From an uncultured Gammaproteobacteria bacterium (lineage in GTDB: Bacteria > Patescibacteriota > Patescibacteriia > UBA9934): a DNA stretch of 64,000 nucleotides. Below, one piece after another: positions 47,678 to 58,587 of this stretch. Each line of letters begins with the position of its first letter. Positions within the stretch are counted from its first letter, which is position 1. The position numbers and the translations under genes were made by a program. Location: positions 25,892 to 89,891 of the forward strand of contig CAZTKG010000004.1 in NCBI GenBank assembly GCA_964613815.1, given 5' to 3'. The notes under the pieces are model-generated. The model saw only the letters and a program-made list of their open reading frames with translations, ran no database searches and was not told where the DNA came from.

Positions 47678-48028
47678 ATGGTAAAGAAACTGAACGGATT
47701 CGAAGCAATCCGCATCAAAATCGAAGAGGATAAAACAAAACTTGAAGACGAACTCGAAGCACTAAAACCAACAGGCGACGCAGTCGAATTTGGCGATGAC
47801 GAAGACGAAAACGCCACCGAAGTCGCAATACAGGGCGACCGCTCCGCAGTCGCAGAACAACTCGAAAAAGCCCTAAAAGATGCCAACAAAGCCCTAGATC
47901 GCATCGAAGATGGCACATACGGAATTTGCAAATACTGCAATGAACCAATCGAAGAAGGAAGGCTTCAAATCCGCCCAACCTCATCATCCTGCGTAAAATG
48001 CAAAAAACAACTCCAGCAAGAAATCTAG
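47678..48028 (+). CDS. DksA/TraR-family C4 zinc-finger protein
   Basis: C-K-Y-C-N-E-P-I-E-E-G-R-L-Q-I-R-P-T-S-S-S-C-V-K-C zinc finger preceded by a coiled-coil region. Confidence 0.7.
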   Translation: MVKKLNGFEAIRIKIEEDKTKLEDELEALKPTGDAVEFGDDEDENATEVAIQGDRSAVAEQLEKALKDANKALDRIEDGTYGICKYCNEPIEEGRLQIRPTSSSCVKCKKQLQQEI

Positions 48029-48465
48029 CAATCATCATTGCAACATCAGGAGCGCTCATCACTGCAACAGATCTAGCACTAAAACACATCGCAATCAAAA
48101 CCCTGCCTGAATCAGGCGGGTTTTTGCATCCAGTCATCGACTTTGCCCTCCACAAAAACGCCGGAATCGCATTCAACCTAGCGATTCCTCTCGCAATTGT
48201 CATCCCACTCACACTAGCAATAATCACAATCCTCACCATCACAGCCATCAAAACAATCAAATCTAACCCCATCCAAACCGCATTTCTTTCCCTCGTCATC
48301 TCCGGAGCCGCAGGAAACCTCATAGACCGCATTCTGAACAACTTCACCACAGATTACATCATCCTCTTCCGTACAAGCGCCATCAACCTCGCAGATGTCC
48401 TCATCATAACTGGCGCCATCACAACACTGTGGTACAATAAACATACAAACACGAAGCATTCCTAA
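47998..48465 (+). CDS. lspA: lipoprotein signal peptidase II
   Basis: H-K-N-A-G-I-A-F-N, S-G-A-A-G-N-L-I-D-R and I-N-L-A-D-V motifs. Four TM segments. Confidence 0.8.
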   Translation: MQKTTPARNLAIIIATSGALITATDLALKHIAIKTLPESGGFLHPVIDFALHKNAGIAFNLAIPLAIVIPLTLAIITILTITAIKTIKSNPIQTAFLSLVISGAAGNLIDRILNNFTTDYIILFRTSAINLADVLIITGAITTLWYNKHTNTKHS

Positions 48466-48488
48466 TTTCTCCTACAAACATATATTGT

Positions 48489-50006
48489 ATGGGGTCTTTT
48501 TTTGTTTACGCCTGCGCCAACATAGGCATCGAATCACACATCATCGAAGTAGAAGCCGACATTTCTGGTGGCTTACCCAAATTAAACATCGTCGGCCTGC
48601 CCGACGCCGCCATCTCAGAATCCAAACACCGAGTCCGCGCCGCCATCAAAAACAGCGGCGCCCCATTCCCAAGATCAAGAGTAACCATAAATCTCGCCCC
48701 AGCCGACATCAAAAAATTCGGCCCGTCTTTCGATCTACCCATCGCCATCAGCATCCTCTTCGCAGCAGGAGCAATCAAACCACCTCAATCAATAAAATCC
48801 ACCATATTTCTAGGTGAACTAGCCCTAAACGGAACCATCCGCCCCATAGATGGCATCCTTTCGGCCGCCCTACAAGCAAAAAAAGAAAACTTCAACGCCA
48901 TCATCACCGCCCCGCAAAACGCCGGAGAGGCCGCGCTTGTCAAAACACTAACCGTGCATCCCATCAAATCACTGCAACAACTCATACATCTCTTCAAAAC
49001 CCAAACCCAATTTCCGAACCACACAAAAAAACACGCCAAAACAAACAAAAAAACCTACACCCACGACATGTCTCACATCAGAGGCCAGGAAAACGCCAAA
49101 AGAGCCTTAGAAATAGCAGCAGCAGGAGAGCATCACATTTTACTAAAAGGCCCACCAGGCTCGGGCAAAACCCTCCTCGCCAAAACCATCCCCTCAATCC
49201 TCCCACCGCTCTCATTCGAAGAATCCCTAGAGGTAACCAAAATCCACTCTATCGCGGGAGAAAAACCAAAATCCGTCCCTCTCATCACAACACGCCCATT
49301 CCGCACCCCACACCACTCCTCTTCATCAGTAGCTCTCGTCGGAGGAGGCGCATGGCCCCGCCCAGGAGAAATCTCCCTCGCACACAGAGGCGTGCTATTC
49401 CTAGATGAATTCCCAGAATTCACCCGAGGCACCATAGAAAACCTTCGCCAACCACTAGAAAACGGCACCGTCACAATCTCAAGAGCCGCAAAGACCCTAG
49501 AATTCCCAGCAAGATTCATGCTAGCCGCAGCCATGAACCCTTGCCCATGCGGCTTCAACTCAGACCCAAACAAACCCTGCATCTGCACCCCGCACCAAGT
49601 CGCCAAATACACACAAAAAATTTCCGGACCAATCCTAGACAGAATCGACATCACCATAGAGGTCCCACCGATCAACGCCGAAAAACTAACAAACGCATTC
49701 CAATCAGAACCATCATCAAACATCAGAAGTCGCGTATCAAAAGCGAGAGACAAACAAACCCTCCGATATCAAAACACGATGACAAGAGTAAATAGCGAAC
49801 TCACATCAAACGAGATCAAAACTCACTGTGCCCTAACTCCTCAAACAAAACAACTTCTAAAAGCAGCCATCAAAACCCACGCCCTTTCAGCAAGAGCTTT
49901 CACCAGAGTCCTAAAGGTAGCCCGGACAATTGCAGACCTAGACTCATCAAAAACAATAAAACCCCTGCATTTAGCAGAAGCAATTAACTTCAGAATATCC
50001 AACTGA
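48489..50006 (+). CDS. yifB: YifB/ComM-family Mg-chelatase-like AAA+ ATPase
   Basis: N-terminal Lon-like I-V-G-L-P-D-A-A-I-S-E-S-K-H-R-V. Walker A L-L-K-G-P-P-G-S-G-K-T-L. C-terminal ChlI-like region with Cys cluster. Confidence 0.85.
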   Translation: MGSFFVYACANIGIESHIIEVEADISGGLPKLNIVGLPDAAISESKHRVRAAIKNSGAPFPRSRVTINLAPADIKKFGPSFDLPIAISILFAAGAIKPPQSIKSTIFLGELALNGTIRPIDGILSAALQAKKENFNAIITAPQNAGEAALVKTLTVHPIKSLQQLIHLFKTQTQFPNHTKKHAKTNKKTYTHDMSHIRGQENAKRALEIAAAGEHHILLKGPPGSGKTLLAKTIPSILPPLSFEESLEVTKIHSIAGEKPKSVPLITTRPFRTPHHSSSSVALVGGGAWPRPGEISLAHRGVLFLDEFPEFTRGTIENLRQPLENGTVTISRAAKTLEFPARFMLAAAMNPCPCGFNSDPNKPCICTPHQVAKYTQKISGPILDRIDITIEVPPINAEKLTNAFQSEPSSNIRSRVSKARDKQTLRYQNTMTRVNSELTSNEIKTHCALTPQTKQLLKAAIKTHALSARAFTRVLKVARTIADLDSSKTIKPLHLAEAINFRISN

Positions 50007-50038
50007 CACCAATCTCAATTGGACAAAACAATAAAATC

Positions 50039-51340
50039 CTATCGAATATATTCAAGCGGATTCTTGAATCGCCCATTAACAATCACCTCAAAGTGAATAT
50101 GTGTCCCCGTTGATCGTCCAGTCGATCCACAACGCCCAATAGGCTGCCCCTGACTCACCGCCTGACCAGCAACGACATAGTTACTGGAATGGTGAGCATA
50201 ACGAGTCATCATCCCATTTCCATGATTGACTTCAACTGTGTACCCATATCCACCCCGCCATCCAGAATATTCAACAATCCCATCAAGTGCAGCAAAGTTA
50301 TCATGCGTATACCCACAATCAATATCAAGACCCGTATGACGCCAGCCGTAGTACTGTGTAATCGTACTAAGCTCCGTCGGCCAAATCATATATCCCGTTG
50401 TAGTTGCGGGCACGCCCGAACTCACTGGAGCACTAACCACTGCAGTCGGAGTAGGAGAGAGCACCTGACTAATCGCTTCAGACCGAGAAACCGGCGCAGC
50501 TGCCACAATCTTCCCACCAGGAATCAAAAGCTCATCACCAATAGAGAGCATATTTGCACTCGCAAGAGCATTACGATCCAAAATCTCCGTCTGCGTCACA
50601 GAATACGTATTCGCAATCGTGGAAAGCGTATCCCCACTTTTCACAACGTGCCGAACCCCACTCACTGGCAAAATCACAAGCTCATCTCCAAGCCCAAGTA
50701 CGCTGCGAACACTCAAGTCATTCGCCCACAAAAGCGTATCAAGCGAAATTCCAAACGCTTCAGCGATGGTAGAAAGAGTATCCCCGCTCTCAACCACATA
50801 CATCTCAACACGTTCACGAGGCGCGACAGAGCTATCACCATCACGCGCAGCAGGAGCAGAAATAATACTTCCACCAATCAAAGAAAACCCATCACTATCT
50901 CCAAATCCGATATCATCAACCCCAAGCGAAGCCTGAAGCGCAAACGTCTCTCGATAATGCACAGGTACAACCTCAATCGCAGCATATTCCGTCGCATATT
51001 CCTCAATCACTTCACCAGCATCCGGTCCAACTAAACGATAAAGCATACTCTTTTCCCCAAACGCCTCAGCTCGCACCTGCGTCGTCTGCAAATTCAAAAC
51101 CCCAACACCAACCACAATCATTGCAAGCACAAAATGCACCAAAAAACGATTCGTCACAATCGCCATAAACCGATTTTTTGCGGGACCAAAAATCAAAACA
51201 AATCGCCGTCTCACACCATAATAAACACCATAAACAGGCATTCCTAAAAACAAAACGAAACGACTAATCGCCGCAAAAACAGTAGTCAAAACACGCACAA
51301 ACGCCCGCTTAACCCAAACAAAAAGGCGAACAGCCTTCAA
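50039..51340 (-). CDS. membrane-anchored peptidase M23 with two LysM domains (start uncertain)
   Basis: LysM Y-V-V-E-S-G-D-T-L-S-T-I-A and H-V-V-K-S-G-D-T-L-S-T-I-A. M23 H-T-G-L-D-I...H-H-S-S...G-S-T-G-R-S-T-G-T-H-I-H-F-E. Confidence 0.8.
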   Translation of the reverse strand: MKAVRLFVWVKRAFVRVLTTVFAAISRFVLFLGMPVYGVYYGVRRRFVLIFGPAKNRFMAIVTNRFLVHFVLAMIVVGVGVLNLQTTQVRAEAFGEKSMLYRLVGPDAGEVIEEYATEYAAIEVVPVHYRETFALQASLGVDDIGFGDSDGFSLIGGSIISAPAARDGDSSVAPRERVEMYVVESGDTLSTIAEAFGISLDTLLWANDLSVRSVLGLGDELVILPVSGVRHVVKSGDTLSTIANTYSVTQTEILDRNALASANMLSIGDELLIPGGKIVAAAPVSRSEAISQVLSPTPTAVVSAPVSSGVPATTTGYMIWPTELSTITQYYGWRHTGLDIDCGYTHDNFAALDGIVEYSGWRGGYGYTVEVNHGNGMMTRYAHHSSNYVVAGQAVSQGQPIGRCGSTGRSTGTHIHFEVIVNGRFKNPLEYIR

Positions 51341-51599
51341 ACCAATAGCAACGAAACGTTGTTTAAATCGGTCAAAAATAAGTCAAAACAGAGAAAAATA
51401 AACCATTTTTTGCTCACTTCACCTACGTTAATCGTAGCAAAAAAATTAGCACAAATCTGCATTTACGTCAATTGACAATTTCAGCCGAAAACGCATATAA
51501 TCACCATGCTTTAACATAAAGACTTGCGAAGTTCAGATCAACCCATCGTGGTCCGAACCTCGTAAGTCATTACGTTTATTTAATAACTGACATCATTTT

Positions 51600-53591
51600 A
51601 TGGATGTAACCACGTATGCATTAATCGTGGTCGCAATCGCGGTTGCCTACACACTTCTTCTCATTAGATGGATCCTCAAACTTCCATCCGGAGAAGGAAA
51701 AATGAAAGGCATCGCACTCGCGATTCAAGAGGGAGCAAACGCCTACCTCGCACGACAATACCGAGTCATCGGAATTATCGGAATTGTCATTTTCTTCATC
51801 CTAGCATTTCTCCTTAGCTGGAACATTGCCTTCGGATTCCTCGTCGGAGCAGTCCTCTCAGGACTCACCGGATACATCGGCATGATCATATCCGTCCGAG
51901 CAAACGTCCGCACAGCGGAAGCCGCAAAGAAGGGCCTCAAAGAAGCCCTAGAAGTTGCCGTAAAAGGCGGAACAGTCACAGGAATGTTTGTCGTAGCCCT
52001 AGGACTCCTCGGAGTAACAGGCTTCTACATGGCAACAGGAGACGTCTACGCCCTCATCGGACTCGGATTCGGAGGATCTCTCATCTCTGTATTTGCACGT
52101 CTTGGCGGAGGCATCTTCACAAAAGCAGCAGACGTCGGAGCTGACCTCGTCGGGAAAGTCGAAGCTGGAATTCCAGAAGACGACCCACGAAACCCAGCCG
52201 TCATCGCAGACAACGTAGGAGACAATGTCGGAGATTGTGCAGGAATGGCAGCAGACCTATTCGAAACATACGCAGTAACACTCGTCGCGGCAATGCTCAT
52301 CGGAATGCTCACATTTGGCGAAATCGAAGCCATTATTACATTCCCAATCGCAATCGGCGCAGTCGCAATCCTAGCCTCAATCATCGGAACACAATTCATC
52401 AAACTAGGATCGTCCGGCGCGATCATGCCAGCACTCTACAAGGGACTCATCGTCTCGGGAGTACTCTCAGCAGCAGCATTTTACCCGCTCACAAACTGGG
52501 CACTAGGAGACGTTGCAGGCATCGACACCATGGCCATCTTCTGGTCACTCATGGTCGGACTCATCGTCACAGCTGCCCTAGTCTGGATTACCGAGTATTA
52601 CACCTCAACAGAATACAAACCAGTACAACGCATCGCTGAAGCCTCACAAACAGGCCACGGCACAAACGTCATCGCAGGACTAGCCCTATCAATGCGCTCA
52701 ACCGCGTACCCAGTCCTCGTCATCGTTGCAGGAATCCTCGCAGCTCATACGCTAGCAGGAACCTACGGAGTCGCAATGGCAGTCATGTCTATGCTTTCCC
52801 TCACAGGAATCATCGTAGCCATGGACGCCTACGGCCCAATCACAGACAACGCAGGAGGGATCGCAGAAATGGCCAACCTCCCAAAGGAAGTACGTGAAAT
52901 TACCGATCCGCTAGACGCAGTGGGGAACACCACAAAAGCCGTCACAAAAGGATACGCGATCGGATCAGCCGGCCTAGCCGCAACCGTCCTATTCGCATCC
53001 TACACAGACGAACTAGCCCTACGAGGAGCTGAATTCGACTTCTCCCTCGCTGACCCATACGTTCTCGCTGGACTCCTCATTGGAGGACTTCTCCCATACA
53101 TCTTCTCCGCATACGCCATGGAAGCAGTGGGAAAGGCAGCAGGAAAAGTCGTAGAAGAAGTCCGCCGCCAATTCAAAGAAATTAAAGGCATCATGGACGG
53201 CACAGGAAAACCTGACTACTCGCAAGCCGTAGACATCGTCACAAAAGCAGCAATCGGCGAAATGGTCGCTCCAGCCCTCATCCCAATCATCGTGCCAATC
53301 CTCGTCGGATGGTTCCTAGGCCCAGAAGCCCTCGGCGGACTCCTCATCGGATCCATCGTCACAGGAATCTTCCTCGCAATCAGCATGACAACAGGAGGAG
53401 GTGCATGGGACAACGCCAAAAAATACATCGAAATGGGCAACTTCGGCGGCAAAAAATCAATCGCTCACGAAGCAGCGGTGACCGGAGATACAGTAGGAGA
53501 TCCTTACAAAGACACAGCAGGACCAGCGATCAACCCGATGATCAAAATCATCAACATCGTCGCCCTTCTACTTGTCACATTCATTGTCTAA
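51600..53591 (+). CDS. hppA: membrane-bound proton/sodium-translocating pyrophosphatase
   Basis: [19 protein letters not shown] and [13 protein letters not shown] motifs. 15-16 TM segments. Promoter TTGACA-18-TATAAT at 51474-51503 with a ~95-nt leader. Confidence 0.9.
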   Translation: MDVTTYALIVVAIAVAYTLLLIRWILKLPSGEGKMKGIALAIQEGANAYLARQYRVIGIIGIVIFFILAFLLSWNIAFGFLVGAVLSGLTGYIGMIISVRANVRTAEAAKKGLKEALEVAVKGGTVTGMFVVALGLLGVTGFYMATGDVYALIGLGFGGSLISVFARLGGGIFTKAADVGADLVGKVEAGIPEDDPRNPAVIADNVGDNVGDCAGMAADLFETYAVTLVAAMLIGMLTFGEIEAIITFPIAIGAVAILASIIGTQFIKLGSSGAIMPALYKGLIVSGVLSAAAFYPLTNWALGDVAGIDTMAIFWSLMVGLIVTAALVWITEYYTSTEYKPVQRIAEASQTGHGTNVIAGLALSMRSTAYPVLVIVAGILAAHTLAGTYGVAMAVMSMLSLTGIIVAMDAYGPITDNAGGIAEMANLPKEVREITDPLDAVGNTTKAVTKGYAIGSAGLAATVLFASYTDELALRGAEFDFSLADPYVLAGLLIGGLLPYIFSAYAMEAVGKAAGKVVEEVRRQFKEIKGIMDGTGKPDYSQAVDIVTKAAIGEMVAPALIPIIVPILVGWFLGPEALGGLLIGSIVTGIFLAISMTTGGGAWDNAKKYIEMGNFGGKKSIAHEAAVTGDTVGDPYKDTAGPAINPMIKIINIVALLLVTFIV

Positions 53592-53700
53592 AACAATCAA
53601 AAACACTCTCGAAAAAATCGGGAGTGTTTTTTGATAGAAAACATTGACACCAAACCACAAAAACCCTATACTTTTCGCCTAAACGACCCAGAATATATCT

Positions 53701-54987
53701 ATGCCATACACCGTAGAAATCGCCGAAAACAAGGCAACATTCACCCTCACCATCCCACAAGAAAAAGTCATCGAGGGCATGCAAAAAGCAGCGAAACAAA
53801 TTTCACAAGAATCAAAAATTCCAGGATTCCGCCCAGGAAAAGCAAACTACGAAGTCATCAAAAAACGCATTGGTGACATGAAGCTCCTCGAAGCAGCAGC
53901 GGAAGACCTCATCCGCGCAGAATTTGTTGCAGCAATGATCGAAGAAAACCTAGAAACCTGCGGTCAACCGTTTTTCGAGACAGTAAAAATGGCTCCAGAA
54001 AACGAAATGATCATCAAAGCAACAGTCACAATGTTCCCAAAATGCACCAAACTTGCTGATTACAAAAAACTCGAAGTCAAAAAGAACGCAACAAAACCAG
54101 AACAAAAAAGCATCGATCGAGCCAAAAAAGACCTCGCACTCATGCGAACAAAAGAAACAGCAGCACCAAAAGACCACAAAATCACAAAAGGCGATAAAGT
54201 CATCGTAAACCTCCTCATGAAAGAAAAAGGCGTGGTTCTCGAAGGCGGAGAAGGCCAAGGTCACGCCATTTACACCGGCGAAGACTACTTCATCGAAGGC
54301 TTCGTAGACAAAATCACCGGCCTAAAGGCAGGGGAAACACCAAAATTCAAACTCCCATTTCCAAAAGACCACTACCTCAAACATCTAGCCGGTAAAAAAA
54401 TCGACTTCGAGGTAGAAATCAAAGAAATCTTCCTCCTAGAAGCCCCGGAACTAAACGATGAATTCGCCAAAAACCTAGGACTCAAAAACACGAAAGATCT
54501 AGAAGAAAAACTCGTCGAAAACCTCACCCTGGAAAACGAACGAGAAGAATCCGTCCGCCAAGAAAAAGAAATCATCAAAACCCTCGCAGACAAATCCAAA
54601 TTCGACGAAATTCCAGACCTCCTCGTCAACCAAGAAATCGCCAAGATGACACACGAAATGCAAACAAACATCGAAGCAAAAGGCGGAAACTTCGACGACT
54701 ATCTCAAATCCATAAACAAAACAATCGCGGACATCAAACTAGATTTCGCCCCAGCAGCCCTCATGCGAATCAAAGGCGCAATCGTCCTCAAAGAAATCGC
54801 AGAAACCGAATCAATCAAACCAACAAACGAAGAAATCGACGCAGAACTAGACGCAATCGCAGACCGCTACAAGGAAAACAAAGACGCCCAAAAACAAATC
54901 TTCGAACCAAGATTCCGCGTCTACACAGAACAACGTCTAAGAGACCAAAAAACCATGCAAACCCTCAAAGAGATCATGGTCAAATAA
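53701..54987 (+). CDS. tig: trigger factor
   Basis: N-terminal ribosome-binding G-F-R-P-G-K motif, PPIase-like middle domain, C-terminal arm. Terminator 54991-55020. Confidence 0.85.
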   Translation: MPYTVEIAENKATFTLTIPQEKVIEGMQKAAKQISQESKIPGFRPGKANYEVIKKRIGDMKLLEAAAEDLIRAEFVAAMIEENLETCGQPFFETVKMAPENEMIIKATVTMFPKCTKLADYKKLEVKKNATKPEQKSIDRAKKDLALMRTKETAAPKDHKITKGDKVIVNLLMKEKGVVLEGGEGQGHAIYTGEDYFIEGFVDKITGLKAGETPKFKLPFPKDHYLKHLAGKKIDFEVEIKEIFLLEAPELNDEFAKNLGLKNTKDLEEKLVENLTLENEREESVRQEKEIIKTLADKSKFDEIPDLLVNQEIAKMTHEMQTNIEAKGGNFDDYLKSINKTIADIKLDFAPAALMRIKGAIVLKEIAETESIKPTNEEIDAELDAIADRYKENKDAQKQIFEPRFRVYTEQRLRDQKTMQTLKEIMVK

Positions 54988-55054
54988 CACAAAAGACCCT
55001 GCCAAAAACAGGGTCTTTTGCTACACTGACGTAAACAAACGTAACAACAAGACT

Positions 55055-55903
55055 ATGTTCATCGGCGGACACGTATCAGCAGCAGGCGGACTCCACAATG
55101 CAGGACCAAACGGCGCAGAAATCGGCTGCGAAGTCATCCAAATATTCTCTCGTCCCCCACAAGGCGGAAAACCAAGAGAAATCACCCCAGAAGTGCAACA
55201 AGAATTCAAAACCTCCATGCAAAAAAATGGCATCAAAGCCGTCTACATTCACGCGCCATACTTCATCAACCTCGCCTCCTCAAATCCCAGAATCAAACAC
55301 AGCTCCATCGCCGTCCTTCGCCAAGAACTAGAACGAGGGACCCTCCTAGGCTGCAAAGGGATGATGTTCCACCCAGGCTCCTCAAAAGACCTCTCAGAAG
55401 AAGAAGCCCGCAAAACCGTCATCGAATCCATCAACAAAATCATGGACGGCTACACCGGAACCTGCCAATTCCTCATCGAAATTTCCGCCGGAGCAGGAAA
55501 CGTCATGGGAGACACATTCGAAGAAGTCGCCCTCTTCCTAAACGAAGCCGAAAAGGGAGAAAATATCGGCGTCTGCTTCGACACCCAACACGCCTTCGCC
55601 TCAGGCTACGACCTCAGCACAAAAGAAGGCCTCGACACGGTCATGACCAAATTCGACGACCTCATCGGCCTAAACCGCATGCCAGTCAGTCACATCAACG
55701 ACTCAAAAGTAGAACTAAACGGCAAAAAAGACCGCCACGAACATCTCGGAGAAGGCCACATCGGCCTAGACGCCTTCAAGCACTTCATCAACCACCCAAA
55801 ACTTGGGCACCTAGACCTCATCCTAGAAACCCCATTCAAAAAAGGAGCCATGGAAGGCCGCCTAAACGACATCAAACTCCTAAAACAATTCCGAAATAAC
55901 TAA
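55055..55903 (+). CDS. nfo: endonuclease IV (AP endonuclease family 2)
   Basis: M-F-I-G-G-H-V-S-A-A-G-G start, H-A-P-Y-F-I-N-L-A-S, H-P-G-S and D-T-Q-H-A-F-A-S-G-Y motifs. Confidence 0.85.
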   Translation: MFIGGHVSAAGGLHNAGPNGAEIGCEVIQIFSRPPQGGKPREITPEVQQEFKTSMQKNGIKAVYIHAPYFINLASSNPRIKHSSIAVLRQELERGTLLGCKGMMFHPGSSKDLSEEEARKTVIESINKIMDGYTGTCQFLIEISAGAGNVMGDTFEEVALFLNEAEKGENIGVCFDTQHAFASGYDLSTKEGLDTVMTKFDDLIGLNRMPVSHINDSKVELNGKKDRHEHLGEGHIGLDAFKHFINHPKLGHLDLILETPFKKGAMEGRLNDIKLLKQFRNN

Positions 55904-55943
55904 ACGACATACGCTATCACGATAACAAATCCTATTGCCAAAA

Positions 55944-56180
55944 CTAGGGCTGATCAACCCCACCCTCACAAAAAGGATGACACCTCAACACTCTGCCACC
56001 AGCCTTCATCACGCCTCGAAAAACCCCATACTTCATCACCGCCAATCGCCCATACTCACTACAAGAAGGGAAATAGGGACAATACCCATGCGAATAAAAC
56101 ATCTTCAGCGGACCATGATCAAAACTCAACGTCTTCTGATAAACACCAATCAAAAAAACCACCCCGTCCCTCACCCTCAT
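55944..56180 (-). CDS. yidD: membrane protein insertion efficiency factor YidD
   Basis: L-I-G-V-Y-Q-K-T-L-S...C-P-Y-F-P-S-C-S-E-Y, 78 aa. Overlaps rnpA by 4 nt. Confidence 0.85.
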   Translation of the reverse strand: MRVRDGVVFLIGVYQKTLSFDHGPLKMFYSHGYCPYFPSCSEYGRLAVMKYGVFRGVMKAGGRVLRCHPFCEGGVDQP

Positions 56181-56515
56181 AAAAGCCCCGCCTTCCGCAA
56201 AACCACCTCAAACGCCTCATCCTTATCAGGATAAGACACATCAATCGCCTTCTTACTCGTCAAAAGCACCACATCATACCCAGCCTTAATCATCCCAAGC
56301 CGCTTCCGCACAATCTCCCGATACTGTCGTTTAACCTTATTCCGCACAACCGCCGACTTATCAACCTTTTTCCCAACAACCACAGCAAATCGCGAAACCC
56401 CCTCATCATTTTTCACAAACTTAACACCACAAACCGGATGAAACACGCTCTTCCCGCGCTTCACGACCCGTTGTATATCAGCATCTTTACAAAGACGATG
56501 TCGAGATCGAAACAT
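56177..56515 (-). CDS. rnpA: RNase P protein component
   Basis: Basic 112-aa protein with R-N-K-V-K-R-Q-Y-R-E (RNR-like) motif. Downstream of rpmH on the same strand. Confidence 0.8.
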   Translation of the reverse strand: MFRSRHRLCKDADIQRVVKRGKSVFHPVCGVKFVKNDEGVSRFAVVVGKKVDKSAVVRNKVKRQYREIVRKRLGMIKAGYDVVLLTSKKAIDVSYPDKDEAFEVVLRKAGLL

Positions 56516-56559
56516 AATAAACTTAGTGTACCAAAAAACGAGGCAAAGCCCCGTTTTTC

Positions 56560-56709
56560 TTATTTAGCAAGAGCAACAGCGAGTCGCTTCCGCCCCTTCG
56601 TGCGACGGCGCTTCAACACATTTCGCCCTCCCTTAGTAGCCATCCGCGCTCGAAACCCAAGTCTCCGCACACGCTTAAGCTTTTTTGGTTGATATGTTCG
56701 TTTAGGCAT
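56560..56709 (-). CDS. rpmH: 50S ribosomal protein L34
   Basis: Manual translation of the minus strand: [44 protein letters not shown]. Not in the ORF track because it is under 60 aa. Confidence 0.85.
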   Translation of the reverse strand: MPKRTYQPKKLKRVRRLGFRARMATKGGRNVLKRRRTKGRKRLAVALAK

Positions 56710-56916
56710 ACAGTAATTTCAGAAGGAACATATCAAATGCATACACATTTGTCAACAAAAATAAATCACGCATTTTATCCACTCTATCCACAGCTATTCC
56801 ACAGTTTAACCAAACCTAACCACCTTGATAACTGTGGATATCCGTAATAAAATGCTGAATGTCGTCCAACATCAATCAACGTCACTCTGGTGGTGACCTT
56901 TTATCAAAGGAGCAAT
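56710..56916. promoter_or_regulatory. candidate oriC (rpmH-dnaA spacer) with clustered DnaA boxes
   Basis: TTATCCACT 56776-84, ATCCACAG 56787-94, TATTCCACAG 56795-804, CTGTGGATAT 56832-41, followed by an AT-rich stretch. A compositional skew inversion occurs nearby. Confidence 0.55.
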
Positions 56917-58305
56917 ATGAATACGCACGAACTATGGCAAGCAACACTTGGAGAATTAGAGTTGAAACTCACAAAAGCGCATTTCACCACCTGGTTCCGT
57001 AAAACCTTTATTGCAAACTATAACCAGGGAGACGTCATCATTGGCGTTCCAAACACATTTACAAAAAGCTGGCTCGAGAAAAAATATCACCGAGACATTC
57101 TAAATTCATTACAGGAAATCACCGAACAACACATAAAAAGCCTGCAATATCGTGTAGAAACAAAAACATCTCCTCCGTCACCAGTCATCCTAAAACCAAC
57201 AGAAGTAGAAGCGCCAGCAGAACTATCAGAAGAATCCCTAGGATTCACAACAGGTCCAGCGGTACAAAAACCACAAGAAGAACTTCTCATTAACAACTAC
57301 TACACCTTCGAGACATTCGTTGTAGGAAAACAAAACGAACTCGCACACGCCGCAGCGCAAGCTGTAGCAGCACAACCCGGCGGAACCTATAACCCGGTAT
57401 TCATCTATGGAGACGTAGGACTAGGAAAAACCCATCTACTGAACGCCGTGGGGAACGAAATGCTGAAACGAAACCCAAACACAAAAATTCTCTACGTAAC
57501 CTGCGAACGCTTCACAAACGAATTCATCCAAGCCGTCCGAACAGGAAGAGCCAAAGAATTCAAAGACCTCTACAGAAACGTCGACCTTCTCCTTATAGAT
57601 GACATCCAATTCATCACAGGGAAAGAGGGGACTCAAGAAGAATTCTTCCACACATTCAACACGCTCCATCAAAACAACAAGCAAATCATCATCTCATCAG
57701 ACAGACCACCAAAAGCCATCGCCGCACTAGAAAAACGCCTACTTTCAAGACTAGAATGGGGCATGCTCGTAGACGTCGGCGCACCAGATCTAGAAACACG
57801 TGTCGCAATTCTCCAAATTAAGTGCCTCAAAAAAGGAATCAAACTCGAACGAGAATTCTTGCATTACATCGCATCAACAATCCAATCAAACGTCCGAGAA
57901 CTCGAGGGAGCGCTCAACAAAATCATCGCCGTCCACCAATTCAGAAACATCACTCCATCAATGGAGACAATCAAACCAATCGTAGAAAGCTTCGAAATCT
58001 CCAACATCAAAAAAACCGTCTCAACAAAGCAAATTATTCACACAGTTTCAGAGTATTTCGACGTAAATATCGAAGGAATCATGGGAAAAAGCCGAGAAAA
58101 ACGACTCGCATTCCCACGGCAAATCATCATGTTCCTTCTCCGAGAAGAAATGAAAAGCTCCTATCCATCAATCGGCGCAGAACTAGGCGGGCGCGATCAC
58201 ACAACCGCAATGCACGCCTATTCCAAAATCAATCGCCTCCTCAAAGAGAACGAACAACTAAAAAGAGACCTCGATCTCATCAAACAAAAGATGTACTCAG
58301 GTTAA
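56917..58305 (+). CDS. dnaA: chromosomal replication initiator DnaA
   Basis: AAAGGAG then ATG 56917. Walker A G-D-V-G-L-G-K-T-H-L, Walker B L-L-I-D-D-I-Q-F, C-terminal DNA-binding I-G-A-E-L-G-G-R-D-H-T-T-A-M-H-A. Confidence 0.95.
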   Translation: MNTHELWQATLGELELKLTKAHFTTWFRKTFIANYNQGDVIIGVPNTFTKSWLEKKYHRDILNSLQEITEQHIKSLQYRVETKTSPPSPVILKPTEVEAPAELSEESLGFTTGPAVQKPQEELLINNYYTFETFVVGKQNELAHAAAQAVAAQPGGTYNPVFIYGDVGLGKTHLLNAVGNEMLKRNPNTKILYVTCERFTNEFIQAVRTGRAKEFKDLYRNVDLLLIDDIQFITGKEGTQEEFFHTFNTLHQNNKQIIISSDRPPKAIAALEKRLLSRLEWGMLVDVGAPDLETRVAILQIKCLKKGIKLEREFLHYIASTIQSNVRELEGALNKIIAVHQFRNITPSMETIKPIVESFEISNIKKTVSTKQIIHTVSEYFDVNIEGIMGKSREKRLAFPRQIIMFLLREEMKSSYPSIGAELGGRDHTTAMHAYSKINRLLKENEQLKRDLDLIKQKMYSG

Positions 58306-58587
58306 CAACAGAAGACAAACAAGTTATCAGCATCTTAAACACATATTCAGAGCCTACACACATGTAAACAAACCCGGTATACAAAAGGGACAACCCTCGA
58401 AAAACTGAGGAAACATCCGTGTATAAATACGGCCCCAAAAACACCCCCTAAATTCCTCCACATGAATTACACAGATCCATCCAAAAGTTCCCCACAACAA
58501 AATACCAAAATTCATAACCAACCTTAGACCTAATTCCAAACAAGCCCACACCATCCACAGACCTATTACTACTATTAACTTATACAT

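Noticed and set aside
47201-47708. ORFs 47201..47446 (+) and 47274..47708 (-) in the dksA-like leader, and a possible RNase P RNA, tmRNA or SRP RNA
   Set aside because: There is no RBS or coding periodicity. I found no GGAAAGUCCGG / ACAGAA-CCGGCUUA (RNase P), tRNA-like TTCGA-CCA 3' end with a tag ORF (tmRNA), or SRP domain-IV motif by eye on either strand.
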